Origin: Paraphysomonas bandaiensis
Lineage: Eukaryota; Protista; Chrysophyceae
Length of the DNA stretch: 64,000 bases
Assembly: GCA_965644295.1 (NCBI GenBank)
Contig: CBFFRP010000234.1
Coordinates: forward strand, 62,001-126,000
Direction: 5' to 3'
The translations under genes and the position numbers were made by a program. Shown one piece after another: positions 11,771 to 25,071 of this stretch (the first letter of the stretch is position 1; every line of letters starts with the position of its first letter). The notes beneath the pieces are model-generated. The model made no database searches and was not told where the DNA came from. It worked only from the letters and a program-made list of their open reading frames with translations.

Positions 11771-12985
11771 CTAGTTTTCAAATGCCATGTTCGTGATGAG
11801 GGCTAATCTTTTGGTATTTACAGCAGGAGATTTCTCAGCAACTCTCTCGAGTATTCGCGAACATTCATGACGGTTAAACAGCTTTCTTGTCTCAAGAAGC
11901 TGTTGCCGTGAACCTGAGTGGTTGCGGTCAATACCAAGTATATCCGTTTTAGCGATTTCCACAGGGGCATCACTGTACCCCATGCAATGGAGCATTTCCT
12001 TTGAAGATCGTCCTCTTAGAGAGCTTTCCACACCTTTAAGAAGATTTAGCGTACGTTCAAAGTTGTGTGCATTCTCCAGCCGCTTGACGTTCTCCTCGTA
12101 TGTCGAATTTGCAATTTCTTTTCCAAATACATGTACATTATCTTTGTGACGCTTAAAGAACTCTTCCGCAATTACTCGTTTAGCAACTTTCATCTCTTGC
12201 GGATCAATTACACCGTTCCCATCGAAATCAAACCTTTTCGCTAGTCGATAATCCTCCTGGCTGACCCATCCGTCACCATCCTGCCACCCAGAGTTAAGCG
12301 GGTATTTCGCACAAAAACAACGTACAATATCAAAGCTAGCATGTGGGACACAATTTTCTCGTCTTTTTCGCAGCATTTCCGATCGCGTTTTGCTAGGTGG
12401 GATGTTGTTGACACTTGGATCCATTAATACAGATCTCAACGGCACTTCCTGTAAAGGATGACTTTATACCGTACCAGTATGAAATGTACATACCAATGAC
12501 GAACGAGGACGAGAATAGGCATTATATTTCCCCAAAGAGAGAACCTCCTTCTTTACAGCCTGTCGCTTGGATTCAGCATGCTTTTCTTGCATTCTTAATA
12601 AGATTTCTTCCTAGATAAATCACAGTTATATAGATATTACTTGACAGTAGAAATATAACCGTAGGTATATCGGAGAGCGGTGTGTCTATCCTCCCACTCG
12701 AACGAGAGGTTATAATATCAGATCTTCCCGATAGTGCAGGGACTTTTCTTGCTGACTTTTTTATAGGGGACTGTGGAAGTTGCTGTGGCAGATAAGAGAG
12801 GCAGTATAAGGCATAGTACATACACTCATATCTCTCGCTTTCAAATGACTCCGCGAACTCAAATTTGATGCTGTCGTCGCTGGCCTTTGGATGGGAGTAA
12901 GAGTAGGAGGAGTCCCATTAGACCTGGTGCTGGGGTTAGGAGTATTGATTTTACCGCTCGGAGCACGGCACTTGCGATTTATCAT
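11771..12985 (-). CDS. Multi-exon uncharacterised protein with EF-hand-like loops
   Basis: ATG at 12985 (MINRKCRAP) and several short GT-AG introns. Splicing gives SFDI|DGDGWVSQEDY and DFDGNGVIDPQE EF-hand loops. Confidence 0.7.
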
Positions 12986-13629
12986 AGTGACAATTAGCAA
13001 GACTGATCACAGTACTGTCTAATTGCGGTTTGTTGCATGCACCACAGGAAAGATATCTCGTGTATATGTAAATATACGTGGGCAAACCACCCCTTACTCC
13101 ATGACTATGTAAAGTGATTGCACGCAGCGATGATCATACTCTCCTGCCATCTCACACACAAAACGTTTCATGTCCACAATATGGTATACCATAAACTACG
13201 ATTGTATACCCCGTATTCTCTTCCCCGTATTCACTCCGTATGCATTTTTGCCATATTTTTTCATAACTTGTCTAGATATCCGGATATTCCAATATAATTT
13301 GAATCATTTTCAAAAAACAGCTATTTTATAGATATATCTCTGCTCAGTATTTAAATGTAGGAATGTGTATGTAGGAATGTATACTATACTATACTGCTGT
13401 ATATGTAGTGCGTATATCTGGTGTGCCATTGTTTAAAAAATAAGTACCTCACCTCACATACTGTTGATTGCAGTCATCTGTTGCCATCAACCGCATCTAA
13501 CACTCACTGTTGGCGAATTCGTAGACTTCCTGCATAGGATCTTACCTGACATCGCCTGCACAGGCCCTCATTATTATCTATATCGAGAACAATGAGCCGC
13601 TGCTGATTTAGTCACGTATCAGATTTGCA

Positions 13630-15745
13630 ATGACGTTCTTGGCAACCTGTTCAAATAATCTGAAGCTTTGGAAATTTGAGGAACCTAATAACCTCCCTCT
13701 CTCTTCATCCTGTGTGTTTGATGGGTCGCGGAAGCTGACAGAGCTCTATTCAGTGTCGTGGAATCACAACCAACAGGTCATTGCCGTTGGTGGAAATGCC
13801 CCACATATCTTCTTGGTTCAGTCCAGTACTGGACAAAAACTGTCTACTATTCCGTTTAATAAAGAAGAGGACCACCTTCGAGAAGATGTCTCCTCATTAT
13901 CTTTCTCTCATAACTCACGTTATCTTGCATCTGCTATGTCTGATAGTGTTTTAATATGGGACCTCAAGAATCGCAATGTCAAAAGTACTCTTCGTGGGCA
14001 CAGAGATAGGGTTAACGTGTGTTTGTTTTCCCCGGAGGGCTGGTTAATATCGGGAGATAGTCGTGGGGCCTTACGGGTGTGGGATGTGAGTAAGCGCACC
14101 TCTACTCCAGACCTTATCCTCCCATCTGGCTCTACTGCTGCTGTTGAGGGAATACAATTGTCGCCAAGCACCACCAGACAAATGTGTGCGGGATATAGCT
14201 CTGGTTCAGTTGCCCTTTGGGACCTCGAGAGCACTTCAGTTGTTAAGGTAGTTGAGGGGGTGCATGCTGGCCCCGTCACAGGACTCTCCTACTCTCCCCG
14301 AAACTCCAGGCTGATTGCTTCTGCTGGCAAAGATGGGTATGTGCATCTTCTTGACCTCTCTCTCTCCACAAACACTGCGCCAACTTATGCAACTTCTATT
14401 GCTGTTAAAGAAGCTGTCACTGCGGTGTCCTTCCACGAGAGCTCTTTGTACACGGCAGTAGGGACACAAAGTGGATACGTGTACGTATATGACTGGAGGA
14501 ATAGCAGTAAGCCCGTCACTCAGATGCCTGCACACAATCCACATGCGGTGTTTGCTGTAAGCTTTCAGGTAAGCGTGGCGGTTGTCGTTAACAGTTCTAT
14601 ATAATATTTCTAACTAGAAAACTCCTCCACCTCCCCGGTCTTCTAAAAATTCAGCGGCAAGCTCCGCCCAAGGACTCAAGAATCCAAGTGAAACCACTCG
14701 CCCAGAACCTTTGCATGTCCCGTCTATGTCTTCAACTGGGACGCGTGTTGATGCAGATCGAGTATCTATGTCTTCCACAAGGGCACGAGATAATGCAGAT
14801 CGGATAGTGGCGTCTTCAGTTGACGAACGCGTTAGTGGAGACCGTGTGCCATCTTCAACAGAAAGGCAACAATATTCAGATAACGTGTCTACATCATCAC
14901 CGGGAGTTCGTAAGAGTCCAGGCCGTACTGTATCGTCTACAGTGGAGACACGTGTTAGTAGAGACCGCATGTCAGCTTCTTCGACCGAAAAGCACGATTA
15001 CTTAGCTCATACAAAGACCTCATCCATGGAGACTCGCGACAACGCTGACCATGTGTCGAATTATTCTGGGGAACGTGAGAATACAGATCTTGTAGGCTCA
15101 CATCAAAGCTCACAACGCCCTACCGTTGCGCGTTCTGTCGATTCCCGGGAGAATATTTCTGGAACTCATCGAGCCGATGAGATAAGAACCACTCCTAAAC
15201 GGGAACCAACCTCGGAGCCTGCTCACCTTGAAATGAATGCTGATAGTGGTGGCGAGAAGTATGTTCCCAACAGATATCGATCTGACATTGCTGATCGAGT
15301 TTCAAGGCTAGCAGATAAATCCTCTGTGTGCTCTGAGTCAGTGGTCTCGCGACAAAGTGCTCGTAGTCCTTCCCAGTAAGACCGGCTGAATTTTAGTAAA
15401 ACTAATTTGTTATATTTCTATTGCAGGCGCGACATATCGGAGGTAGAGGATGGCATCCGGAAAGCAATTAGGCCAGTATCGAACCAACAACTAAATGAGG
15501 CACTGGAGTTGCTGAAGTACGATCTGCACAAAGAGTTTCAGGGTATCATTCGGGAGCAAGTGCGTCAATTTGCTATTGCAAAGGTCATTCATCATACAGT
15601 TTATGTGGTCATCCGTTTGTTAATGTGAGCAATGTAGGAAGAGACGGCTGCTCAGATTCAGATGCTATCAAAGCAATTGCACGATGTTCTAGAAGCTAAC
15701 AAAGAGTTACGTGCTGAAAATGAACGATTGCGACATATATATTGA
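13630..15745 (+). CDS. NEDD1: NEDD1/GCP-WD gamma-tubulin targeting factor
   Basis: N-terminal WD40 repeats and an S/R-rich linker. The spliced C-terminal helix reads LKYDLHKEFQGIIREQVRQFAIAK|EETAAQ...ELRAENERLRHIY*. Three short introns. Confidence 0.8.
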
Positions 15746-16929
15746 TTCGTCTTGTTAGGATTTAGATATTCTTGTATGTGTAGTGTAATATTGACTGCTA
15801 GTTTCTGTGCAGAATATGTAAAACTCGTAATCACACTTACTGACATAAGTGCTCGATATATGCAAGCATTTCGAGGAGGAGATATATGATAGCATATATT
15901 CGTATGGATAAAGTATGCCGTTTTCAATCTAATAATACGCCTAAAGTTGAATAGATACATGTAGCAGATATGGAATTGCCAGGCATGCTGACGTTTGTGT
16001 AAAGTAAAGCAGTAAGTGTTGATTAACCTATGGAGCTAAACAATGCATAGATCCATGCGTATTCTTTGTGTATGGCGCCAAGAAAGATTCAGTGAGATCC
16101 AGCTTATACCTGCGTAGTCCATACATGACTACGAGATGCCCAATTTAATCATCGCGAAGGAGAACACGGGTGGTGAGTCTAGCAGAATCTTTGTGCGGTC
16201 TCTCTGATCAGTGGGTAGGTGGATGGCTGAGTAGAGCACGCTCAAAACTCTTAGCATTACATGTGGTGTACCAGTGATCCTACAGAATGGTCTTTGGTCA
16301 CACTGTCGGAATGCAGTGGATCTGATTTCAGCTATAAATGAGTAGATGTTGTATTATAGGTTACCAGTAAGATAATAGACAAACTTGATATCAGTCAGTT
16401 GGATAGACAGAATCACTTCTAAGTTTATCTATCAATTACAATTCAGATCTCATGAATTCTACAATCATGAGTTAACAGTTCAACACAGGTAATCACGATA
16501 TACAGCCACTGTTATGATCCCATTGTGCAGCTTCAGTGTAGTTTCATTCAGAGCCTTTGAACTAACAGCGAGGCTTACTCGTGGAAGGGGAATAGTTGCA
16601 CCAACACGGTGAACAGCCTTGTATAGAATCGCTCAGATGGCAATCGTCCAAATCCAATTGTAGCACTTTAGAGCCATATGATTGGTTATATCTTCATAGA
16701 GAGCAACCGCGAGCACTAAACTGAAAAATAAAATGTTGACGAAACAAAAACCAGAATTCGCTTTTCATTCGTTCGTTCGCTGTATGCCTGGATATACGGC
16801 AGTGAGGAGTAAAGTACGTATGACATCTCGATCTGCGGGAGTGTGTGTGGTCTCATATCAACATAGAAGAGACATATGTGTGTCTGATTGCCACTGGAAG
16901 AACAAATGAATTAATCACCACCTGCTAAC

Positions 16930-18551
16930 ATGAGTGAGATGGATGAGCTTGTGGGGTCGACCCCCTTTAAGCGAATTTCTCGATCTCAGATGAGCGAAAT
17001 CGAGCAATCTTTATTTCTGGTAAGTTGAGTGTAGCCCATCTGCTGTGTGTGTTATTCATAGCACTCTTCAGGTTCCATCTCGTAACGACGATGACAAAAG
17101 TAGAAGCAAGAAGCTCTTATTTCGTATCGTTCAGGCGTTGCACAGTTGTGGTAACTTGTCATATAAGACGGAAGACACCGTTCAGACGGTGGCGCGGTCA
17201 CTTGATATGTACGCTGTTTGTTCCGTTTACCCGGTCACTGTTAGTATTACTTTTAATGAATCTTCTGTTATGAGTCCGAAGAACACAGAAACGTATGTGT
17301 TTCGCATTGCTCGGGGAGTAGATTGTTCCAAGCACCAACAACTGGATGAATTGTGTACTCAATTAGAGTCTAGGGACATTGACGTATATATGGCAGAGAG
17401 AAGACTAAAAGAAATAGAGGAATCCCAATCAATGTGAGTTTATCTTTAATTTGCTATTTTCTATGCAATGTCAATCATGAGCTGGTTGTAGGTACCCGTG
17501 GTATGTCATAGCCGCAGCTCACGCACTCGTATCTGCTGCAGGTTCTGCACTATTTTACAATGGCGGATTGCTTGATGCTTCTATTGGATTTTTTTTGGGG
17601 CTCGCAGTTTATGTTGTTAACAGAATATGTGCTCTGGCAGAAGGTTTACCGCAGATAGAGTGTTTTTTGTCCGCATTTATTGTAGTTTGTCTGTGCTACT
17701 TCATCAACGAGTTTATCGTAACAGGATCGTGCGCGTATGCTCAAATTTTTGGAGGAGTTGTATGGCTGCTACCAGGTTTCACTATCATTATATCTCTTCT
17801 AGAAATATTCTCCAATTCAATTGTGTGTGGGTCTGCAAGACTTGTGTATGGCGTGTCTCTGGCTTCTCAACTTGGTTTCGGTATTGTTATGGGCTGTGGA
17901 TTTCTGTATCCTGAAGTAAACATTCCTGACAGCTTTCAGCACGGGTGTGTTAGTCCATTTCCCACTATAGTGCGTGTTTTAGTGTTGCTTCCAATAATGA
18001 GTATTTCGAATGCTATTTTAGTAAATACATCCTATCGCCACTTATTTTTGATCATTGCTGTTTGCCTGTGTGGTGAAATGGTTGGGATCTTGATACAATA
18101 CGTGGATATTAGTAGTGCCTTCAAGGATAACGTTTCTTCCACGCTTGGCGCTATTATAGTGACCATCGCAGCGCGTGTTTGCGGGGGTAGGCACTACTAT
18201 GTCTTCCTAGTTAATGGTATGCTTATTCTGGTCCCTGGTGCCGTTGGGGTGAAGGGTATGTCGGATATGTGGTCCGGAGATATGCTTGGAGGAATTAATT
18301 TTACATTCAAAATGTTCATGGTTGGTGTATGTCTTGCGATAGGAGTTTTCATGGCCCTGATTCCTAAAGCTCGATGGTTCAAGTGCTGTGGACGAACCAA
18401 GGGTAAGTATTTTCCCATCGCAGAAATGAAGAGTGGTAAAATAAGAATCTTGCGAGCATCCTCGAATGGCATACCCGAAGATGAAATATACGACGGCGAC
18501 CTTGTGTTGCAGCACTTGGAGTCCCCTCATGATATGAGAGGATACGTATGA
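16930..18551 (+). CDS. ThrE/DUF1212 (Prm10-like) membrane exporter
   Basis: ALHSCGNLSYKTE, Y|PWYV, GGVVWLLPGFTI, GSARLVYG and LILVPG motifs; about 10 TM segments; two introns. Confidence 0.82.
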
Positions 18552-20496
18552 CAGAAGAGACTATACTTGTACATACATTTTATTAGCAATTCAATGTTCT
18601 AATTTGGCACAGCAGTGTACACGTGTGTTAGTCTATATAACTTCTGTTGAGATAGGAAAACGTTGTATTTTTTCTTATGTTTTGGTATTCCTACAATTTA
18701 AACAATGAATGAATCATCATGTTTTATACAGTTCGAAATAATAATGTCGTAAAATCGTGTTGTATCTACTGCGACTCTACAATCCAACTGTATGTATGTG
18801 TGTAGGCCATATAGGCAAACTAAGGCATTCACTCACACCATATAGCTATGCAGTATATATTGTGCTTCTGCTCCAAGTTGCCAATAAACACACGTCAGAA
18901 AGTTTAAATGCAATTGAAAAAAGCTTTGCTATTTAAAAAATACTCATAACAGTACCCCAAGATTAGCAGCCAATTCGTAGTGAGAAACTACAATGGTTTC
19001 TAATACGTAGAATGTCTACGACAGAAAATATCCCTTAAATTGTATACTATATATAGTACATCGTACATATCTAGTGCAATCTATCAAAAGCTGGATGGTA
19101 ACTACTGCATGGCCCATACAATGGGTTTCTTATAGGCAAGTTATAATAGTAAACCCGAACTGATCAACCATAAAATAAAATATTTGCATTTAATAATCAT
19201 TCAATACTTAAATATCAAACCTCGTGAAATCTATTTTCCACTTTTTGATATTACCACGAAGGTAATAAGGAGGCAATATATATCGTTCCACATTCAAAAA
19301 TTTTAACCGATGGCGAAAAGCCGCACTCAAAGCTTGGACAAGAGACGATACTCCTTATCCGTAGTAGAGGTGAAATTTTAGTTTATTCTCATGATGCTGA
19401 ATGCCTAACATATCCAGAATGTACATAGCTAGTTACAGCATGCTCGCTGCAAATGTTGAGATCTGAAGATTCTATATACTTGCAATTGAGTGCAGTATTA
19501 TGTGAGATGCAAGGATCGAAAGATATATATGTAATTAGTACATTATATATTGTGTAGTATGAAACTGAAGTGGAAGTGGGTGACTATGCAGGATACGATC
19601 ACTGAGTGTGTGGTTTGTACACTATAGTAGTAAATGAATGGTGTTGAACACATCGAACACAACTTAGGTTCTTTATCATGTAATGTTTATAATTTCATCT
19701 TATCATTTGAGAATAGTAAACCTTAGCAAATAACGTCAACTTCTGATAGCAAAAGAAAATAGGTGCTCCTATTAAAATTTAGAAAACTAATGAAAACTCA
19801 GTGTTTTGTTCCAAAAATCAATGGGATCTAGACATAATTTTAGGGATTGGCAATTGCACTAGATTAACTCAAAACAATAATCTTCCAAATTTCAATAATA
19901 TCTAAAACAAATGCACCGTAACCACAGAAGGATACTGAGAGAATAGCAGCTTCGAGGTATTGCAATTCATACACATATGAGATAATGAATGTAAAAAATT
20001 GTATTTGCACCAGGCTTCTTATTATTGCCTTTAGCATCATCGTCGCATTTATGTACAGCACACTTAATCTCTGCAAGTGCACCTGATTTGTTGAATGATG
20101 TGTGTATGATATATGATATGAGCCACGTAATCCTGACACGCAAGACGTAACCCAAGAACCCTGAAGGGAGGGTGTCACTGCTTCAAATCATATTCAGCAT
20201 CAGATGTGGTTCTTGAAGTTGTTTTGAAGTCCTGGTTAAGAAAATCTATCACTTCCACTGACATCATTATGATCTTTTACATCTGGTGGAGGATGGAATA
20301 CAACTTGAATTGTTTGATGGTCTACTTACTATACTGTTACACTGATGTATAAAAAGTAACTCTTATATTAATATTAGTAAAAGTAAATATATATATAATA
20401 ACCACAGAGAAACAACAAAATCACAAGAAGAAAGCGACTATAACTTCATAACGGCATATGTAGCATTACAAAAAACAAGCGGTTCGGAGGAGTCTC

Positions 20497-21435
20497 CTAG
20501 CTCAGGCAACAGCTCGCGAATACGCCGTACTTCTTCCTGCGTTCCCTACGTTTCGCAATTCTAATGTTTTCTTCTATGTGTACTTTCTGAATGATCGCTG
20601 CACTGTGTCGAAAGTTCTTCATGAACCCCTGCGGCAGTGGAGGTCTCACTTCAAGCACCCACTTCCAATAAGTATCTTCATCTGTGCCACCAGGTTCGGC
20701 GGGAATAATTTTCTTGATAACGGTTCCGCATAGAGGGCAGTTCACATGCCCCTTAGGATGTTTGTTTGCATCTTCTAAAGACACGATGACTTCACTGATA
20801 ATGCAACGCCGACACACACAGCGATGCTGACATGGATAGAGTACATCGTCGGGGGCATGCCGATGACACAGTACACATTTCACATTCGACTTTGGGTCGG
20901 AATACGGGCGTTGTATTTGATATATTTTTGAGAGACCGATGTAATCTTGCTGTTTACCACCTATAAGTGTCTTTCCCTCATTCGTAGACTCCAGCGGTGA
21001 CTCTCTATGAGAGGGCAGCGAACCCGGCCCATCATCATCCCTAGATTTCGTCTGATCGACACCATTATCGTTAGTAGGGACCACTTTCTTGGATTGAACT
21101 TTAGATGGTAAACTTAGAGCTTTCAACTTTAACTTCTTTGGGGCACTAACATTAGGTTTGTCATTCAGTGGAGAAGATGTTGTCGTCGCTGGGGTGTGAT
21201 CATCGCTATCTTTCATATCCACATCAGCAGCAGCATACTTTACATGAGGGTGAAATCCCCCCGGTGGTTGAAAGAAGTGACTGGGTGCGGTAGAAGGGCG
21301 ATGAATAGCGTCATGTGACGGTACTTCCCACTGCGTCTCACCACTCTGCATATTGTAATAATACGGAGACCCAGACACTTCATCATAATGCTCTGTCCAA
21401 CCAGATGGAAGAATACACGGCTCTGATATATTCAT
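20497..21435 (-). CDS. WW domain plus C3HC4 RING E3 ligase-like protein with polybasic-CaaX tail
   Basis: LPSGWTEHYD...YYYN...TQWEVP (WW); CVLC...PCQHRCVCRRC...CPLC (RING); ends KRRERRKKYGVFASCCLS*. Confidence 0.85.
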   Translation of the reverse strand: MNISEPCILPSGWTEHYDEVSGSPYYYNMQSGETQWEVPSHDAIHRPSTAPSHFFQPPGGFHPHVKYAAADVDMKDSDDHTPATTTSSPLNDKPNVSAPKKLKLKALSLPSKVQSKKVVPTNDNGVDQTKSRDDDGPGSLPSHRESPLESTNEGKTLIGGKQQDYIGLSKIYQIQRPYSDPKSNVKCVLCHRHAPDDVLYPCQHRCVCRRCIISEVIVSLEDANKHPKGHVNCPLCGTVIKKIIPAEPGGTDEDTYWKWVLEVRPPLPQGFMKNFRHSAAIIQKVHIEENIRIAKRRERRKKYGVFASCCLS

Positions 21436-22249
21436 CTATTTACAAATATATACAACTGTAAAGACAATAAATCAGCAGTGTGCAGTGATGTTATCTCATC
21501 ATCGAACACAGCATCATATACATATTCTTCGATCATTCATACATCAAATGAGCACCCGGCATGTCTAATCACCACGTAGGTGTGGATTATCAAGGACTCC
21601 TATGCTGCTCCAATAATCAGTTTATACTTTTCACTGCTGTCTGTCTCTTCTTCCTCTACACATACATGTATGTATATGAGATCTTTCGATGCATGTGTCT
21701 CATATGTATGTATGTATGTATGTATGTATGGAAGTCAACAAAACTGCTACTTGTCTGGTAAGAGTTCTGTTGAGTACAGATAATACAGACCGTAGTACTC
21801 CTAAATCTGCCGAAAAAACAGAGTGCTACAAACCCCCTGTTTTTGGAAAAAAACTGCTATTCCCGCCCAAAACCCAAACAAACGAAGTACCTCTAACGGC
21901 TTCCATACTTCACTTGTGCTTTACAGTATTATCTATAGCATAGGTATGTATGTACTGTACCGGTGGATGTCTCTGTACAAATACATACAATCCATCATAT
22001 AGGAGTATACTCTACACTTCTATGTGTCTGGTATCTAGCTGTAGTTAACAACCAGAAGATTACACACCTCACGGGCCCAGTTTAGATAGTGATAAGACTA
22101 TCACACACAACAGTGTGTTTGTGTATCAGGAAACACCGGTGAGAGGGGTCTGTACAGCTATCAGATAAACGATACATTAATATCAAATAGAACGATTCCG
22201 TATGATAATTATCGTCCTCCTCTAGTCTTTATAGTGTGGATTGGATTGT

Positions 22250-25071
22250 ATGGCCAGTGGTATAAAAGTAAAGTGTGTGTGTCGCATACGGCCACTGATC
22301 GATCGAGAAAAGGATGATAGTAAATGTGTGTCTGTAGTTACTCCACATAAAACATTAAAGGTCGCACCGGTAGACCCCGATGATAAGCCAGAGCTTCATA
22401 GTTTTAATTACGTTGCATCTGAGTTCGTCGCACAGAAGGCTTTCTTTCATACTGTAGGTAGACCAGTAGCTGAGAAATGTATTGCAGGTTGCAATGGTGC
22501 TATTTTGTGCTACGGCGAAGCCGGGGCCGGTACGATGCAAAAACTATATATTGTAGTCTCATAGCTTTGATCAGGTAAAACTCATACTGTATTCGGTACT
22601 CCTACTGTTCGGCCTGGGCCCTGGGACCGCGGCTTGGTTCCGCGTATGTTGGAGCTCATCTGGAGCCATTATGTTAGACTCCAACGAGAGGGGCGGCAGG
22701 CAAGGACTGTTCGGCATGAGCTGAAATGCTCAATAGTTGAGATTTATCAGGAAAAAATCTATGATCTTCTTCAAGCGCCTGAGACAGAGGGATGGACGGA
22801 GAGTTTGCAACTGCGAGAGGACATATCCAATGGGGTGTATGTTCAGGGTGCAGAGGAGAAAGTTATCGAGTCATGCCGTGATATAAAATATATGCTTGCA
22901 TTGGCATACCGTAACCGTAGAGCGGCAGGAAAAACTATTCATCGAGCACCCAACCGTTCTCACTTTGTATTTCAACTATATGTGGACTGCATCGAGGCTG
23001 CTGGGGAGGATGAGGGGGAAACTACATCGCGGGCGGGCACCGAAGGAAATACACTTATTGGAGACATATCCCGCGAGGAATCTCGCAGACGCGTTTCCAA
23101 GTTGTGTGTCATAGATTTGGCGGGGACAAATGTCTCAGCAGCTTCCAGTGTAAAGGGCGCACCGTTGACATCCAGGCGCTCACAGCCCCGACTGGAGGAG
23201 AGCATTGTTATTAGTCAATCGCTAGCTGCACTGGGAGATTTTATTCGTTCCCTAAGTTATTCTAGTGTATCTACCTCGGGAGCGTACATGAAGAGTGCGG
23301 ACCATACTATTACCCATATGCTTCAGGACACTCTTACTCCAGAAAGTGCAAAGGTAATACTCTTGTGCTGTACTAAGCTGTTGATTTTATATTATCAGAA
23401 CTGTATTCTCATTGCCGCTGTGTCCCCGTCGTCTATCTCTCGACAAGAGACATTACGAAGTATTATGTATGTGCAGCGTGCAGTTGGGCGTGTTAAGTCT
23501 TCCCGTATACGTTCAGATTCTGTCGTGTCTGAGACCGAACCTCCTTGTGAGTCGTTGCAGCTTGAAGGACGGACCCTTAAGCACTGCTTGAGCTCCATGT
23601 CTGTAATGACTGTTGACAGACCTCTTGGTTCTTCCGATAACGAAAAGGATGATACCTCGGAGGACATTGATAATTCAATGACTTCGTCAGAGTCCAGTCC
23701 TGTCTCAGAACAGACAGCTGATCCTTCTGCGGAGTTAGATATTGATGCCCAGGTATACTCGCGTGAAGCGGTATCACATCCTCGATCCCCAGAGACAACC
23801 CGGAAGGGTCGCTTTTCCGGTAGTCTTGCACGTATTTTTAGTTCAGAGGTCAACGGGCAAGACGCTAACACCACAAGAGAGACGAGGGAAGACGACCGCG
23901 AGGAGATAGTATCTTTTTTCACGCCACCTGCAATTCAAGAGCGCCCTAGCATTACCCAGCATGAAGTAGACACAATGATTGTATCACTTGCTGGCGAGAG
24001 TGACCGCAATGAGACAGATACCCAGCCTCAAATTCCCACGAAATCGGTAGACGAGGAAATAAAAGTTGAAGGAGACATTGGTTCTGGTGATGGGGGAGGA
24101 GATGAGGCGGTATGTGCACTTTTATATTATTTTTTGAACTATGTTACTAGTATTGCCAGGCTAGTGCAAGCTATGCCGATCTCGCATATCAGCTGAAGGA
24201 GGTAGTTGAAAGTAATATACGATTGCAAAAAGAAGTGAATTATTTGCGTGATCTTGATGTTATAAAAAGTCGTCGAATTACTGATTTGGAGCGAGAAGTT
24301 GAGGAGCTCCGCAAAACTCATGGATCTAATGCACATCGCGTGGGCTCCCCATGTGTATCGTCTCCCCCCATATCAGTGTCCGGCGTCCCTCCCCGGGTAC
24401 ACCCACACAGCATCTATACTCCCTACTCCAAGTCGTTAGATGATGATTTGGATGAAATTCCTTCTCAGATGGACTCTGAGTCACCCCAGCAGTCAAAAAT
24501 GCCATTGACGGGCGTCAAAGACAACCTGTCGAGACGATACAGTACAGGAATTCTCCCCAGTGAGGGAGGAATCACTACAATACATTCACCTCGACCTCGA
24601 TTCAGTGTCAGCGCAGCCTCAGGATATTTTGACACTGGCGAAATGGGTACTCAAGCTCTTTCGAACTTCCAGCGCAGAAGGAGCACAGGAGGTTTGCAAA
24701 GTGCATCTGCGTTGATCATGCAATCTCCTCTAGGTTCGCCGATTGCTACTGAATCCCCGCAGGTCCGAAGCACTCGTCGCACCAGCTTAACCTCGAGACT
24801 TCTTTTTCCTGGTCGCTCTGGCTCGTTTGATTTTGCGCATGCAGACTTTTTGTCTGATACCAGCGATGGTAAAGTAGGAATGCATACACCCATTCAGCGC
24901 CGAAAGTCTTTAGGAAATTCTTCTCCGAAAAGTCAACAAGCACTGGATATTAAGCCACTACGTAAAGTTGTTCAGAAATCTAATAGCATGAGACAGTCTT
25001 CTGATGGTATTACCAGGCGACAGGTATGGCTCTTTCAACTGTACATTCAATGCTACCTTCGTGAATCATAA
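22250..25071 (+). CDS. Divergent kinesin motor-domain protein (multi-exon; 3' end uncertain, may extend to ~26620)
   Basis: RIRP, spliced P-loop GEAGA|GKT (intron 22530-22574), VEIYQEKIYDLL, NRSH, IDLAG, LQDTL, followed by an S-rich/coiled tail. Confidence 0.8.
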
